NCBI GenBank assembly: GCA_013239625.1
Contig: MU053513.1
Coordinates: 3,516,303-3,580,302 of the forward strand
Direction: 5' to 3'
From: Lama guanicoe
Lineage: Eukaryota
Length of the DNA: 64,000 nucleotides
This document shows positions 37,567 through 49,524 of this stretch, one piece after another. Below the pieces are notes generated by a model. That model saw only the letters and a program-made list of their open reading frames with translations, did no database searches and had not been told where the DNA came from. A program made the position numbers and the translations under genes. Every line of letters begins with the position of its first letter. Positions within the stretch are counted from its first letter, which is position 1.

Positions 37567-38984
37567 GGTGGTGGGAAAGGGCTGAACTGGGTGAAGGGTG
37601 ATGTCATGCACTGAGATGAGAAACATTTATATCTCTTTTCAGCTTTGAGTCATTTATATATTTAACTAAATATAATTTTTATATCTTAATTTGAATAATT
37701 GATAAAAATGTTTCAAAACTGTCTCTCTGAGTTGTCACAGATTCACTCTTTTTATGAGATTGAACTTTGCCTTATAATTGTATCTAATTATGCTATTACA
37801 TAGCTAATATTTCTCAAACTATTAAGGCATAATGAAAAGCAAAACTGACTTGCTGAACCCTAGATATATTTATTTCCATAGCCTTGAGCTGACTTATCCA
37901 TCTACTTAGACAACAAAGAACAAACAGGCAAAGAAAATTTCAATAAAGGGAAAGAAAGAAAGGAAATGAGGTTAACTTAGAATGAATTTATTTTTTAGTC
38001 TACCTGTGGGGGTCTCTAGAAGCCATCACTTTCATTTTTAAGAAGGGTTTATATGCTCTACACTTAATAATCCACATAATAATTTTGTTTGGAATTTAAA
38101 CTATACTCAGTATTCAGAAACCATCTTCCTTTCTTTTGAATATCAGGACGGCCACCCACATGCAGACTTTTAGCATCTCTTATTTTTTATGGTGCCTCAA
38201 AGATTACAAAAAAATATTTCTACCAAAACACTTCCTATATTATTTATCCAGAGACATAGTTATTATATTATTAAAGTAGTAGAAGCTAGAACTAGGTAAA
38301 ACAAGTAGTTTATTATGAGAATTATCCCTACCTTACAAAATCTATATTAAACTCATTTGGAATTTTATGAGCTTTTTTTAATTAACTCAATAAGAGAAAT
38401 CAATGAAGGATCTCCGTACTTTCTTTAGTAATCTTGATAAAAAGAGTATTTTGCAGCTCCTGTTTCAGTAATTCTGTTCCTTCATGCTTATCCGTAGAGA
38501 ATTCATTGGAAGTATATTAAGGCAGCTGTTCCTACTTAACAGAGGAGGCAGTGGAATTATTAAGTAACAGAAGCTTTTCTGTTTCATATACTAATCAGGG
38601 GCTAAATAAGGATTCTCCTCTGAATGTTTTAATTTCCAGTCCAGGGCACCTTTCACAGAGCTATGCTTTAGCATGGCTAATGGAAGTTCATTATCAAATA
38701 GAGTGATACTATAATCTGTTTGAAATTATGCTGATAAATGAGCTAATTGCATCTAAATAGTGATTTTTGTAGCTACTCTACTTCCAAATATTTTAGTGTT
38801 ATTTTACACATTGGAAAGTCGATTTAAGAAATGATTATTCTTCTACTAGGATGCAAGCTGACCTTAGAGTGTACAGCAATCCATAAATCCATAAACTTGA
38901 TGCAAACAAAATTACTTAAAAGATAGATTTACCAATTAGAAAGAGTTAATTGTGATTTCCAACGCTGTTTGAAATAGGCTTGAA

Positions 38985-40198
38985 CTCATTCAACCAACAA
39001 TAATTTTTTTGCCAGCCACTATTCACAGTTAACAGTGGCAAAAGACAGTCTCTGACTTCATAGAACCTTCTAGTGGGAGAGATACAAAAAAGTATATAAG
39101 ACAGAATGCCATCCATGTAATCAAGAAAAAAAAAAACAGAGAAAAGGGATGAAGAAGGCAGGGCTCTTTTGCATCAATATACCAACTTCTTGAGGTGATA
39201 TTTAACCAATACTCAAATGAGAGGAAATCATTATTCAAAACCTAAAAATTTCTGGGGCACCACTGGAAGTCGATGCAAGACCCTGAAGTAGAGAGGAGCT
39301 TGATGTTTGCTAGAACTTTGCTAGAAATGCTAAGAACTTTGATGTGGCTGAAGCCGGGTAAGTAGTGAGGAAAATGATGCAGAGATGTGGTTAACGAGCT
39401 GGCCAAGGGCCAGATCATGGAGGGCCCGATAAACCAGAGTGAGGACTCTGGATTTTGTACTAAATGCAACAGACAGCATGGAGAGATTTAAGTATGAGAG
39501 TATGTTACCTGATTTATGCTTTTAAAAGATCACTCTGGCTGTGTGTGGAGAATGGACTAGGGGTGGGAGTGGGGCTAGTTTGGAGGCAGGGAAGCTATTG
39601 CAATGATGTAGAAAAGACATGGTATTGCCTTAGAGGAGGGTAGGAGTGGTGGAGGTGGTGAGGATTAGATTGGGGATTTGAGAAAGATTATATTTTAAAG
39701 GTAGATCTCCTGTAAGTTGCTGATGGATTGGATGTGAAGTATGAGAAAAAGATTAACCAAGGGAAAAAGATTTCTGCTCTGGGCAACTGGATGAGTATTT
39801 GGTGCTGTCTACTGAGCTGTAGAAGATTGGATAGAAAGAGAAATGGACAGAAAAATTAAAGGTTTGTTTCGAACGTGTCGAACTGGAGATGTCTTTTGGA
39901 CATTCAAGTATAAACACTACACGGGCAGTTGGATACACAATTGTAGAGCTCCTGGCAGAAGTTAGGAGCAGCAGACACCAATTTGTGAGTCCTTAGCATA
40001 TGGACGATATTTAAAACTGTGGACCAGGTGAGCTGACATAGAACATAGTGGAGAGAATGTATCCGAGGACTGCGCTCAGCCACTCCAAAATGTAGAGGCC
40101 AGGAGGAGGAAAATCTAGCCAAGGAGAATGATAAGGCGTGGTCAGTGCAGTAGGAGGGAAAATCAGTAGGAGTGCATCAAGGAGGAGGGTGTCTGTTA
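38985..40198 (-). mobile_element. L2, from the 3' tail back into the RT region
   Basis: Tail 'ctcattcaaccaacaa', body 'ttttaaaagatcactctggctg'. The inner end translates (minus) to 'TDTLLLDAL', resembling L2 RT 'DTVDHSLLLETL'. Confidence 0.85.
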
Positions 40199-40204
40199 TA
40201 TTTC

Positions 40205-40730
40205 CTCTTTCAAAGTTAGTCATTCCTCACCTCTCTTCTCAAAACTCTGATGCTCCCTCCTTCACTCCACCCCACTCACTATCAGCAGGACCCTGCTTTG
40301 TATTTCACAGAGAAAACAGAACTACTCAGAAGAGAACTTCAGGATCTTTCCATCAACAAATATATTAACTGTATCTACTCTGCCTTCCCATCTACTAAAA
40401 CGAGTGAACTTTCTCTGCTGTATTGTAAGATGGACCCCTCCACTTCTGGGTTGGATCAGATCTCCTTTTTCCTATCCAAGGACTCTGCTCTTGTAATTAT
40501 CCTTTTTCCCTCTTGCATTATTGATCATTCTCATGTTGCTTGTGTCATTCCTGTTAGTATAAGAATATGTTATACTTTCTCCCATATTAAAAAAAAAAAC
40601 CTAAAATTGAATTCTTTCTTACTGCCATGTCCTTTTCTACCTTGAACCCTTTCATTTCTCCTGTTCATAGTACAACTCTAGAAAAGATGTTTTCATACGC
40701 TATTTCTGTCCCCACCTCCTAGTCTCTCTC
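40205..40730 (+). mobile_element. L2 ORF2 fragment (pre-RT/RT start)
   Basis: ORF 40250-40645 'YFTEKTELLRREL...SELSLL..K.DPSTSGLD.I...L.KD' resembles L2 ORF2 'YFTEKIEAIRREL...ELSLLLSKANPSTCALDPIP'. Confidence 0.85.
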
Positions 40731-43353
40731 TTTAAAAATATTTTTATAGTGTAATATTTGACGTAAACAAAATATTGTTTGAACACATGTAGGATATAAA
40801 TCATGATAATGAACACCTGAGTACCTAGCACTCAACTTAACGACGAAAATGATTAATACTGTTGCATCTACCTGCTTGTACTTTTCCTACCTATTTGTAT
40901 TTAGCCCCTTTCCTCCTCCCCGAGGTGATCTCCCTCTTGAAGTTTGTTCTTATAATTTTGTCTCCCATTTTTCAGTTTAGCTCATCTATCTGTATATCTC
41001 TATATATTTGATTTTGCTAATACTGAGCTTTATGAAAATGGCAAACTACATGAAGTCTTATATATCTAGCTTTTTTCACTTTATTGTTTCTAAAATTCAT
41101 CCAGGTAGCAGTGGTTCTTTCATTTTCATTTATGTATAGTATTCTAGTATGTAGCTATTCCACAGTGTATTAACCCATTCCTTTGTTGATGTATATTTGG
41201 GTTGCTTCCAGGTCTTTTGCTTTGCAAATATTGCTGCTGTGATTTCCTTGTATGTCTCCTGGTGAACAAATAGAGGAGTTCCTGTAGACTAGGATTTAGA
41301 ACCCCAGGACCAGGATTGCGAGCTCATAGGATAAGGGAATGTTTACTTTTATGAAATAATGGCAAATTACTTTCCAAAGTGGTTTATAAATTTACCATCT
41401 TCTCTACAGAATGGATGAGAATTTTTGTCATTCAACTGGCATTGTCAGTGTAAAATGGCATCTCACTGTGATCTAAGTTTTCATTTTCCTGATTATTGGT
41501 GAGGTTGAACAACATTTTGTGTGTGTGTTAACAAATTTTTATTCCCTTTTTTGGAGTAAATTCTTGTTCATGACTTTTGTTCTTTCTTCCTGTTGAGTTA
41601 TTTGATTTTTTCTTAGGAGTTTGTAGCAGCTTGCTTTTTGTTTTAATATTCTGGATACTAATTATTTAGCTTGTGGTTTGTCTTTTTCTTTGTGGTGTCT
41701 TTGGATGGGCAGAAGTTCTTAGTTGTAATATAATTTTTTCAATTCTTTCTTAGATGGTTAGCACTTATGCTTTGTCCAAGTTTTTTTTCTGCCCAAATGG
41801 CATAAAACATGCTCTTAAATTGCTTTCTATAGGTTTTAAGATTTTGCCTTTTACATTTAAGTTTTCAATTCATCTGTAATTGGTATTGATGTATGGGAGA
41901 TAGATAACCAATTTCTTTTTCTTCCGAATGGATAAAAAATCATCTCGGTATTATTTGTTTAAAAAAAATCTCCTTTTCCTACCATTCTTTATGACTCTTC
42001 CATATGTCAGATTTTTGCATATGGATCAGCGTTTTGGGATTCTCTACTTCGTTTCATTAGTCAGTTTATCTATCTGTATGCAATAGCATACTTAATTTCT
42101 ATAATTTTACAGTAAGTCTTGATGCATGTACAGCACAAATTCCCACTCATTCTTTCTTAGGTATGTGTTGGGTATTCTTGGGCTCTATGCTTTCACATAA
42201 ATTTTAGAATCTTCTGAAATCTTGTTGCAGTTCTTACTGGAATTGCATTAAATCTATTGATAAATTTGGGGGAAATTACCATCTTTATCATATTGAATCT
42301 TCCTATCTGTGAGCATTAGAATTGTGCTATTAATGTAGGGGTTCCTGAATGTTTTGTCTTTACTTTTATAAATATTACCTTTTAAAACTAGCACTTTCTG
42401 TTTGTTGCTTCTATGTGGAGATGCAGTTGATATTTACATATAATCTTAGGTTAAACTATCATGCTAAATTTTCTTACTGATTGTAATAATTTATCTATAG
42501 AATCTTTTGGTTTTCTAAATAAACAGTATTCTCTGCAAGAATACACAATTTTATTTTCTTTTTTCTGATAATCATAGTCTTTGTTTCCTTTTTTGTGTTT
42601 GCTGTGCTGGTTAGGACCTCAGTGAATGTTTAATACGAGCAACGATGATGGATTTTGCTGTTCCTGATTTTAAAGAAATGTTTTTAAGGATTTATCATTA
42701 AGAAGAATTTTGCTGTAGATTTTTTTGGTAGATAGTTACTTTTGTATTAAGGAAATTCCTTTATATTCCTTGTTTGCTGAAATTTTTAAAAATTATGGAT
42801 ATATGTTATTTATTTTATTTTATTTTATTTTTTTACAGAATCCATTCAGGTGATCATGATTTTCCCCTTTGAGAACTTATTGTGGAAACGTCATTTAAAT
42901 TTTTTTTAATTTTGAACCATTCTTGTCATAGTATTTTTTTCTATATTGTCTAATTTGTTTTGTAAATATTTAATTTGGAATTTTTATATCTAAGTTTATA
43001 ATAGAGACAGCCTGAAGTTTTCCTTTCATAAACTGTCCTTGGTGCTTTTGGAATCAAGGTTATATTAGATCATAAAATGGGACTTTGGGAGTATATTCTG
43101 TTCTTTGGACCATTTTGAATATGGAGACATGTTCCTTAAAACTTTTATAGAACTTACCTATGAAATAATGTGTGTCTTTTTTAAAATATGGATTTTTGAC
43201 CAGTCCTTTAAATGTTTAAATAGCTAATATTGAGGCCTCTATTGAATGAGTTTTGGTAAGTTACATTTTTCTAAGAATTTATACATTTTGTATAAGTTTT
43301 CAAATATTGGCATAAAATTGTTCATAGTATTTTATTGTCTTTTTAAACCTATT

Positions 43354-43401
43354 GTATCCTATATATACATAGGATACTATATATATATATAGTTATATAT
43401 A

Positions 43402-43437
<36 letters not shown>
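43354..43437. repeat. Near-perfect 24-bp palindrome followed by (TA)n
   Basis: 'gtatcctatatatacataggatac' then TA runs. Confidence 0.9.
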
Positions 43438-43442
<5 letters not shown>

Positions 43443-44014
43443 ATAATACATTCATAGTATCATTTGTGTTTTCTTTTTTTTGTTGTTGTTGATCATATCA
43501 ACCAGAGTTCTCTTAATTTTTTAGTCTTTTCAGAGGCAAGTTTTTTTTTTTTGGTTTATTTTAAATTTTATCTTTATTTTCTTTGAGTTTATTCTGTTGT
43601 TTTCTGACTTCTTAAGTTGGAGATTTTACCCATTAAATTTTCAGGTTTTCTTATTTTTCTAATACAAGCATTTGAGGCTACAGATTCAGGTTAAAACATT
43701 GGAAAGTGCTAATATTTTACTGTTATTGATTTGCAAAGAATGGCCATTTCCTGTGATTAACTTACTATTTCCCTCAATGTATTGCTTTCACAACTCATTG
43801 CAACTTTCAATTTGCAACATTTTATTGATCAGTTCCAAGCTTTAAAACATTTTTAGTATGGTTTCCTCTTTGACTTATGAGTTCTTTGAAGTGTATGGGA
43901 GTATACATGTATACTTTAAATATCCAAACTTATGGAGGGTTAGAACTTAATCTTTTTATGCTGTTCTTGTTATTGACTTCTAAGTGAATAGCATTGTTGT
44001 AAGAATATGTGGAC

Positions 44015-44443
44015 TGTTTTAAAGAAAAAAATTATTCAGACACTGATTAAAGAAAATAAGGAAGATTTTATTCAAGAGGACTACTGCAATGGGGTTTGCA
44101 GTGGGGCAGAGAGATTAGACTCAACTCTGAATACAAGCACAGTGGGGATTTATAGCCAAAGAACAGTGTGAAGCTCAGTGAATGAAAAATCACCAAGAGG
44201 TAAGGGGGATTCTGGCTAAACCAACTTGATAGGATTGTTGCTGAATGCAGGTGAGGGTGTTGAGATACTGAGGATGAGGGATGGAGAATTTGATCAGATC
44301 TCAAGGATGGGGGATTCTTGCTAAATTGACCCAGCAGCATTCTTGCTAAAGCTGGGCCCTTCAGGCAGAGCCCATGCTGGGGCCTAGTTGAGAAGAGGGC
44401 TCAGAGGACCCTGACTAAGTGTGGTCAAGGAAGGTCTTTGTCA
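44015..44443 (-). mobile_element. ERV1 solo LTR, MER31/MER67-like
   Basis: Minus strand starts 'tgacaaagaccttccttgaccacacttagtcagggtcctctgagccctcttctcaactaggcc', contains AATAAA and ends '...aaaca' (TG...CA termini). Confidence 0.8.
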
Positions 44444-44558
44444 GAGAATTGAGCCCAATCTCTCTCCCCTCACCACAGAATCCCACTGCAGTAGTCCCTT
44501 GAATGAAGTCTTCCTTTCCTTCTCTAGCAATTGTTATGAATAACTTTTTGTATGACTA
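44444..44558 (+). mobile_element. 3' end fragment of the same LTR family in opposite orientation
   Basis: 'ttgagcccaatctctctcccc...ctgcagtagtcccttgaatgaagtcttcctt...tgaataactttt' aligns with the reverse complement of 44015-44130. Confidence 0.75.
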
Positions 44559-44741
44559 ACTTGTTAAATTCGTGGAAAGTTGCTTTATGGTCTTGTAAGT
44601 GATTACATTTTGCAAATGTTCCATTAGAAAATGTTTTGTGTTGGTTAAAAACACCAGCACTAGTCGAATTACATTGGGGTCAGTTTTCAACTTTGCACTC
44701 ACAGACCTATGTAACAGCAGTTTAATGAATTAGGTAATTAA

Positions 44742-45287
44742 TTTTTTAATGTATTTTTAAATTGATTTACAATGTTGTGTTAGTTTCTGGTGTACAGCAT
44801 AGTGATTAAGTTATATATATTCTTTTTCATATTCTTCTTCATTATAGGCTATAACAGGGTATTGAATATAGTTCTCTGTTCTATACTGTAGGACCTTGTT
44901 TTTTATTTTATACATAGTAGTTTGTATCTGCTAATCCCAAAGTCTTAATTTATCCCTGCCTTTCATTCTCCTTTGGTAACCATAAGCTTGTTTTCTATGT
45001 CTGTGAGTCAGTTTCTGTTTTATAAATAAGTTGATTTGCATCATTTTATCAGATTCCACATATAAGTGATATCGTGTGATACTTATCTTTCTCTGACTTT
45101 CTTCACTTAGTGTGATAATCTCCAGGTCCATCCATGTTGCTGCATATGGCATTATTTCATTCTTTTTATAGCTTAGTAGTATTCCATTGTGTATCTGTAT
45201 ATACCACATCTTCTTTATCCAATCATCTGCCAGTGGACATTTAGGCTGCTTCCATGTCTTTCTTATTGTAAATAGTGCTTCTATGTT
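44742..45287 (-). mobile_element. Younger L1 3' end
   Basis: ORF 45209-44931 'KKNEIMPYAATWMDLEIITLSEESQ' is the L1 ORF2 C-terminus. Flanked by a degenerate repeat 'aatgaatta'. Confidence 0.9.
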
Positions 45288-45879
45288 TTAAATGAATTAA
45301 TTAATAACCTGTCAAGTGCCTCTAATAACCCTTGGCACATAATAATCACTCAGTAAAGAAATTAGATGGATGATGATGATGATTTAAAAAAACATGCATG
45401 CACATATATACACACATTATATACATATAAAATAAGATGTTGTGTACATATATAATATGTGTATATGTTCATATTTGCTCAGTGAATTGTTCATATCATA
45501 TATAGTTCACTTGTGGTTTGATCTAGCAATAATTGAAGCATGCTGAAATCTACTAATACATATTATCTAATAATATATGCATCTTAGTTATCTAATAATA
45601 TAACTAACCTAATTTTTTTTGGTTAATGTTAATATTTTTAGTTTTCAATCTTTCCATGCCCTTAAGTTTTGTAAACAATGTCACTGTGTAATTGAATAAT
45701 ACCTTAAAAAAAAACACAACACTCTAACTGGCAAATTTAACTCAATTACATTTATTGTGATTAGTTATATATTTGGACTTGTTTTTCCTTTTTTGTGCTT
45801 TCTAGTCCTTTTTTCTCAACTTTTATTTTGGGATGTGGTGAAACTTTTAAATTAATTTGTTTGTTTTATCCATCAACTT

Positions 45880-46086
45880 CAGTGGTTTTCATGGAAGTTT
45901 GATATAGTACCCTCCCTGCAAGCATTTGGAAATATGTGGAGGTTTTTTATGAGTTGTCACAGTGACTGGGGTGGGTACTACTGGTATTTGAAGGGCAGAG
46001 TCCAAAGATGCTGAATATCTTGCAATAGGCAGGACAGCTCTGTGTAGGGAATAAAATGCCATTTGCATTTTCCTTGAGAAATTTAT
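45880..46086 (+). mobile_element. MER20-like hAT element
   Basis: 'cagtggttttca...catttggaaat...gttgtcacagtgactgggg...tactactggtattt...gatgctgaa...caggacag...ttgagaaa'. Confidence 0.75.
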
Positions 46087-46483
46087 GCACTATTTTGTTC
46101 TTTTACTTACCCTTGGAATCTTACCAAGGCATTTAATCTAAAATAAATTGAAATCTTAATCCTCTCCTTAACAATTTAAGTATTCTAGAACATTAAATCT
46201 AATAAACTTTCTTGTGTCATATATGCTATTGTTCAGAATTTTAGTTCTGCCATTTAAAATTTTGAATTCCAGAATTTGTGCATTATTATCACTGTCATTA
46301 TTTTATAGTTGTTAAAATTTCCCAGTATCATTGCCTGCCACTCCCTCTTAAATCTTAGTGTTTTCTTTGGGAATTATTTCCTTGCTTCCCCAAATTCCTT
46401 AATGAAGGATTATTGCTGGTAAACTTGGTTGCCAGTTATCTGAAAATGTCTTTGTTTGGCTCTCATCCTTGAAAGATAGTTTT

Positions 46484-47652
46484 CCTTAGAACAATTTCTT
46501 TACTTGCTTTCAGGAAATCATACTCTCCTGATTTTCCTCCTGCCTCACTGGCTGCTCTTTTAGTCTCCAATGTTTGTTCTTCCAGATCCTTCTAACCTCT
46601 TAATGGAGTGCCCCAGGGCTTGGTCTGGTCTTTGGATCTCATCCAGTTTCATGACTTTCTCTGCTATTAATTTACTGCTGACTCCCAAATTTATGTCTCT
46701 AGTCCAAACCTTATGAATGAACTCCAAACTCCTGTATCCACTCTGGGATCTTCATGGGAGTAATGTGCATTTCAAACTTAGTTCCTGGTCTTCCTTCCAA
46801 GCTTGCTCTACTCAGTTTTCCTCCTTAAAGTGAATGTCAACTGCATTCTTCCAGTTATCCATCTAAAACTCCCCTGTTATAAACCTGTAAACCAGTTTTC
46901 CCACTGTAAAACTGCACCAATCGTTTTGACTCTCCTTCAGATCTGACCACTTCTTACCATCTGCACTGATTCCACCTTTGTACATGCCACCATGCTTTTT
47001 CACCCAGATCACTGATGTAGCTTCCCATCTGGTTTTCCAGATTTCCCCCTTGCACTCCTATAATCTGTTCTCATCAAAGTCATCCTCTAAAAATGTAAAT
47101 CAGATCATGAGATGACTCTGCTCAAAACTCTCTAATAGCTTTCCATTTGACTTGGAGTGAAGGCCCATGTCCTAACAGTCTCTGGAAGGTTCTATGTGAT
47201 ACGCTTTCCTGTAGCTCTGCTATCTTTCCAACTTCACTTCTTGCCACTCTCACTGCCACTCCTTATGCTGTAGCCACATTGGCATCCTGGCTATTAAACA
47301 TGCCTTTGAGCTGCTACACGGCCTTTCAACTTGCCATCTCTCCAGTAATACTTTCTTCATGGCTATTGATTTAGCTCCCCACCCCCACCTCACTTTTCTC
47401 AGGTCTTTGTTCAGATATCATTTCTTCAGGAAAACCTTCCCAAGCCTTCATACTAAAATTTGCAAACTCTCCCTTTACTTGGTACTACCATCCCCTTTCC
47501 TCCTTTATTTTTCTCTAATACAACCAATACATTTAATTAAATTATTTATTATCTGCTGCCAGTACTATAATGAGGGTTCCATGAAGGCAGCGTTTTTAAT
47601 CTGTCCCTGACACATAGTCGCTACTAAACACATATGAATAAATGAATGAGTG
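46484..47652 (+). mobile_element. L2 (L2a-like) ~1.2 kb inserted in the old L1
   Basis: 'actctcctgattttcctcctgcctcactggctgctc...tggagtgccccagggct...tgactcccaaatttat...gaataaatgaatgagtg'. Confidence 0.85.
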
Positions 47653-47869
47653 CATAATCCTATGTTTAGTTTTTTTCAGTGCTTTTTTTTTTTTTTGGTT
47701 ACATTTTTCCTTGCTCTTCGTGGCTTCCATTTTCTAATCAGAAGTTTGTTGTCAGACTTTGGGTAACATCTTTGTTCTTTCTGACTGGCTTAAGACGATC
47801 TTCTTTTCACTTTTTCAACTTTCACTATAGTGTATCTTTGTTTTCCCCTATTTTTATTTTGCTTGCCTA

Positions 47870-48340
47870 TGACCCATTCTCCCCAGGCAATCAGAGTCAT
47901 TGTCTTCACGTGTAAATTTGGTTACACTATGCACTGCTTAACAGTCTTCAGGATCTTCTTCAGATTCTCCAGAATATCTCAAGTCCTTGACAGGCTTGGC
48001 AAACAGAGCCTTACATAGATGGGTCCTGCTCAGCTCTCTGACTTTTTCTTCCATCAATATCCTCCTTATTTGCTAGATTCCTACCACACTGGTCTCCTTC
48101 CAGTTTCTCAAATGTCCCCTAGGTTTGCTTTCAAAGCTAGACCTCTGTCCTGCTTCATCTTCTGTCTGGAATACTCTCCCTCTATTCATTGTTTGATGAT
48201 TCCAAACCTCCAACGTGTGTCAGAGAACTGCTTCTTGCTCTAATCCAAATCAGATCCTTCCAATGCAACTATATATGAGTGCCCTGTACTTTCCTACTTT
48301 TGCTTCACTCCAGTTATTACTACAGTGTATCTTAGTATGG
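47870..48340 (+). mobile_element. L2 fragment inside the old L1
   Basis: 'tcagagtcattgtcttcacgtgtaaatt...ccacactggtctccttccagtttctcaaatg...ttctgtctggaatactctccc'. Confidence 0.65.
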
Positions 48341-49380
48341 ATGCTTTTCTTTTGTCCTGCTTGGGAAACATTGTGCCTCCTGTATCTCTGGATTCATGTC
48401 TTTGATCAGTTTTGGAATATTTCTATCATTACTCCATTACCAATGCTGCCTTTTCTCCATTTTCTCATTCTTTCCTTCTGGACTTCAGCATATTTTTAGA
48501 TCTTTTTGTCCCATCTGTTATTTATCTTATATCTTTCTTTAATATTATACATCTTTCTTTTCTGTGCTGCATTCTGGATAATCTACTCATATGTCTTCTA
48601 GTCACTGATTCTCTCCAACTTTGATATAATGTTGTTACCCTATCCACTGAATTATTTAATATCAACAATAATGTTTTTAATTTATTAGTTATTCCTCCAA
48701 TCTGGTCATTTTAATGTCCTCTTACAGCTTGCTTATTTTATGTTTTTCTCTATTACTTCTTTTTTGTATACAGTTTTTTCTCTGCTTTTAACTGCTCATT
48801 TCAATATTTGAAATCTTTGAAGAGTCTAAATCTATTGTTTATTGTTTTGGTTGGTTCTTGCTCATGGTGTTCGCTGATTTTTAAAAAATTTTTATTTAAT
48901 TGTAAGGTCATATTTGATCTTAATTTGTGGGAACACAATAAACCCAAATTGGGGATATTCTCCTCCAGAAAGGATTGGTATTTGCTTCTTCTTGGAGTCC
49001 AGGGTGCTCTCAGCCTGGGACTATGTTAGCCCCTTTGAGGCATTTGAGTTGATGCTAGAGTCTGAAGCTAGCCTGCCATGTCTTGTAGATGGCTCAAGGC
49101 TTGGACTTAGTGGTGATGGTATCTGTATTTGTTTGCATTCAACATACCACATTCCCTCTTCTTGTTTGGTATTTTACAGTGCTGCTGACGTAGGTGTCAG
49201 CTCTTGGGTTTTTCGTTTTGATTTGGTTTATTTTTTAGTCATGGTGATAGAGATGCTTAGATTTTTTTTTTTTTAGTTCCTGCAAATCCAGCAATTCTTT
49301 AAAACATTATGTATTATTCATGATACTTGGCTTGTAGCAAAAGGCTCTTTAGAAAATCTGGTTTACTGTTCTTTGGAAGC

Positions 49381-49524
49381 CATCATTTTGTCTCGAAGCC
49401 ACTCCAATCAGGCTTTCTTCCCCATGATTTCAGTAAGACTATACTTGCCAAGATCACAGTGGCTTCCAGATTGCTCAGTCCAATGATCAGTTCTCATTTT
49501 TCTCCATCTCTTAGCAGCACTTGA
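49381..49524 (+). mobile_element. L2 RT fragment, continuation of 40205-40730
   Basis: Translates 'KPLQSGFLPHDFSKTILAKIT...LSST', resembling L2 RT '[22 protein letters not shown]...DLSAAF'. Confidence 0.8.

Larger units (their letters stand above)
40731..49380 (-). mobile_element. Long ancient L1 (L1ME/L1M4-like), fragmented by later insertions
   Basis: Collinear antisense 3'UTR (40731-41500), ORF2 remnants (41500-45800) and ORF1 remnants ('tctgaaaatgtctttg...ttgaaagatagtttt' ~46440, continuing to ~48900), then 5'UTR-like sequence. Confidence 0.75.

Noticed and set aside
40250..40645. 131-aa ORF as a host gene
   Set aside because: It is decayed L2 ORF2.
44931..45209. 92-aa ORF as a host gene
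   Set aside because: It is the frameshifted L1 ORF2 C-terminus.
46484..47652. Inner L2 as the relocated continuation of the 49381-49524 piece, since it starts near the same consensus position
   Set aside because: The minus-strand L2 ending at 40198 abuts that position more exactly, and the L1 is collinear across this copy, so an independent truncated insertion is simpler.
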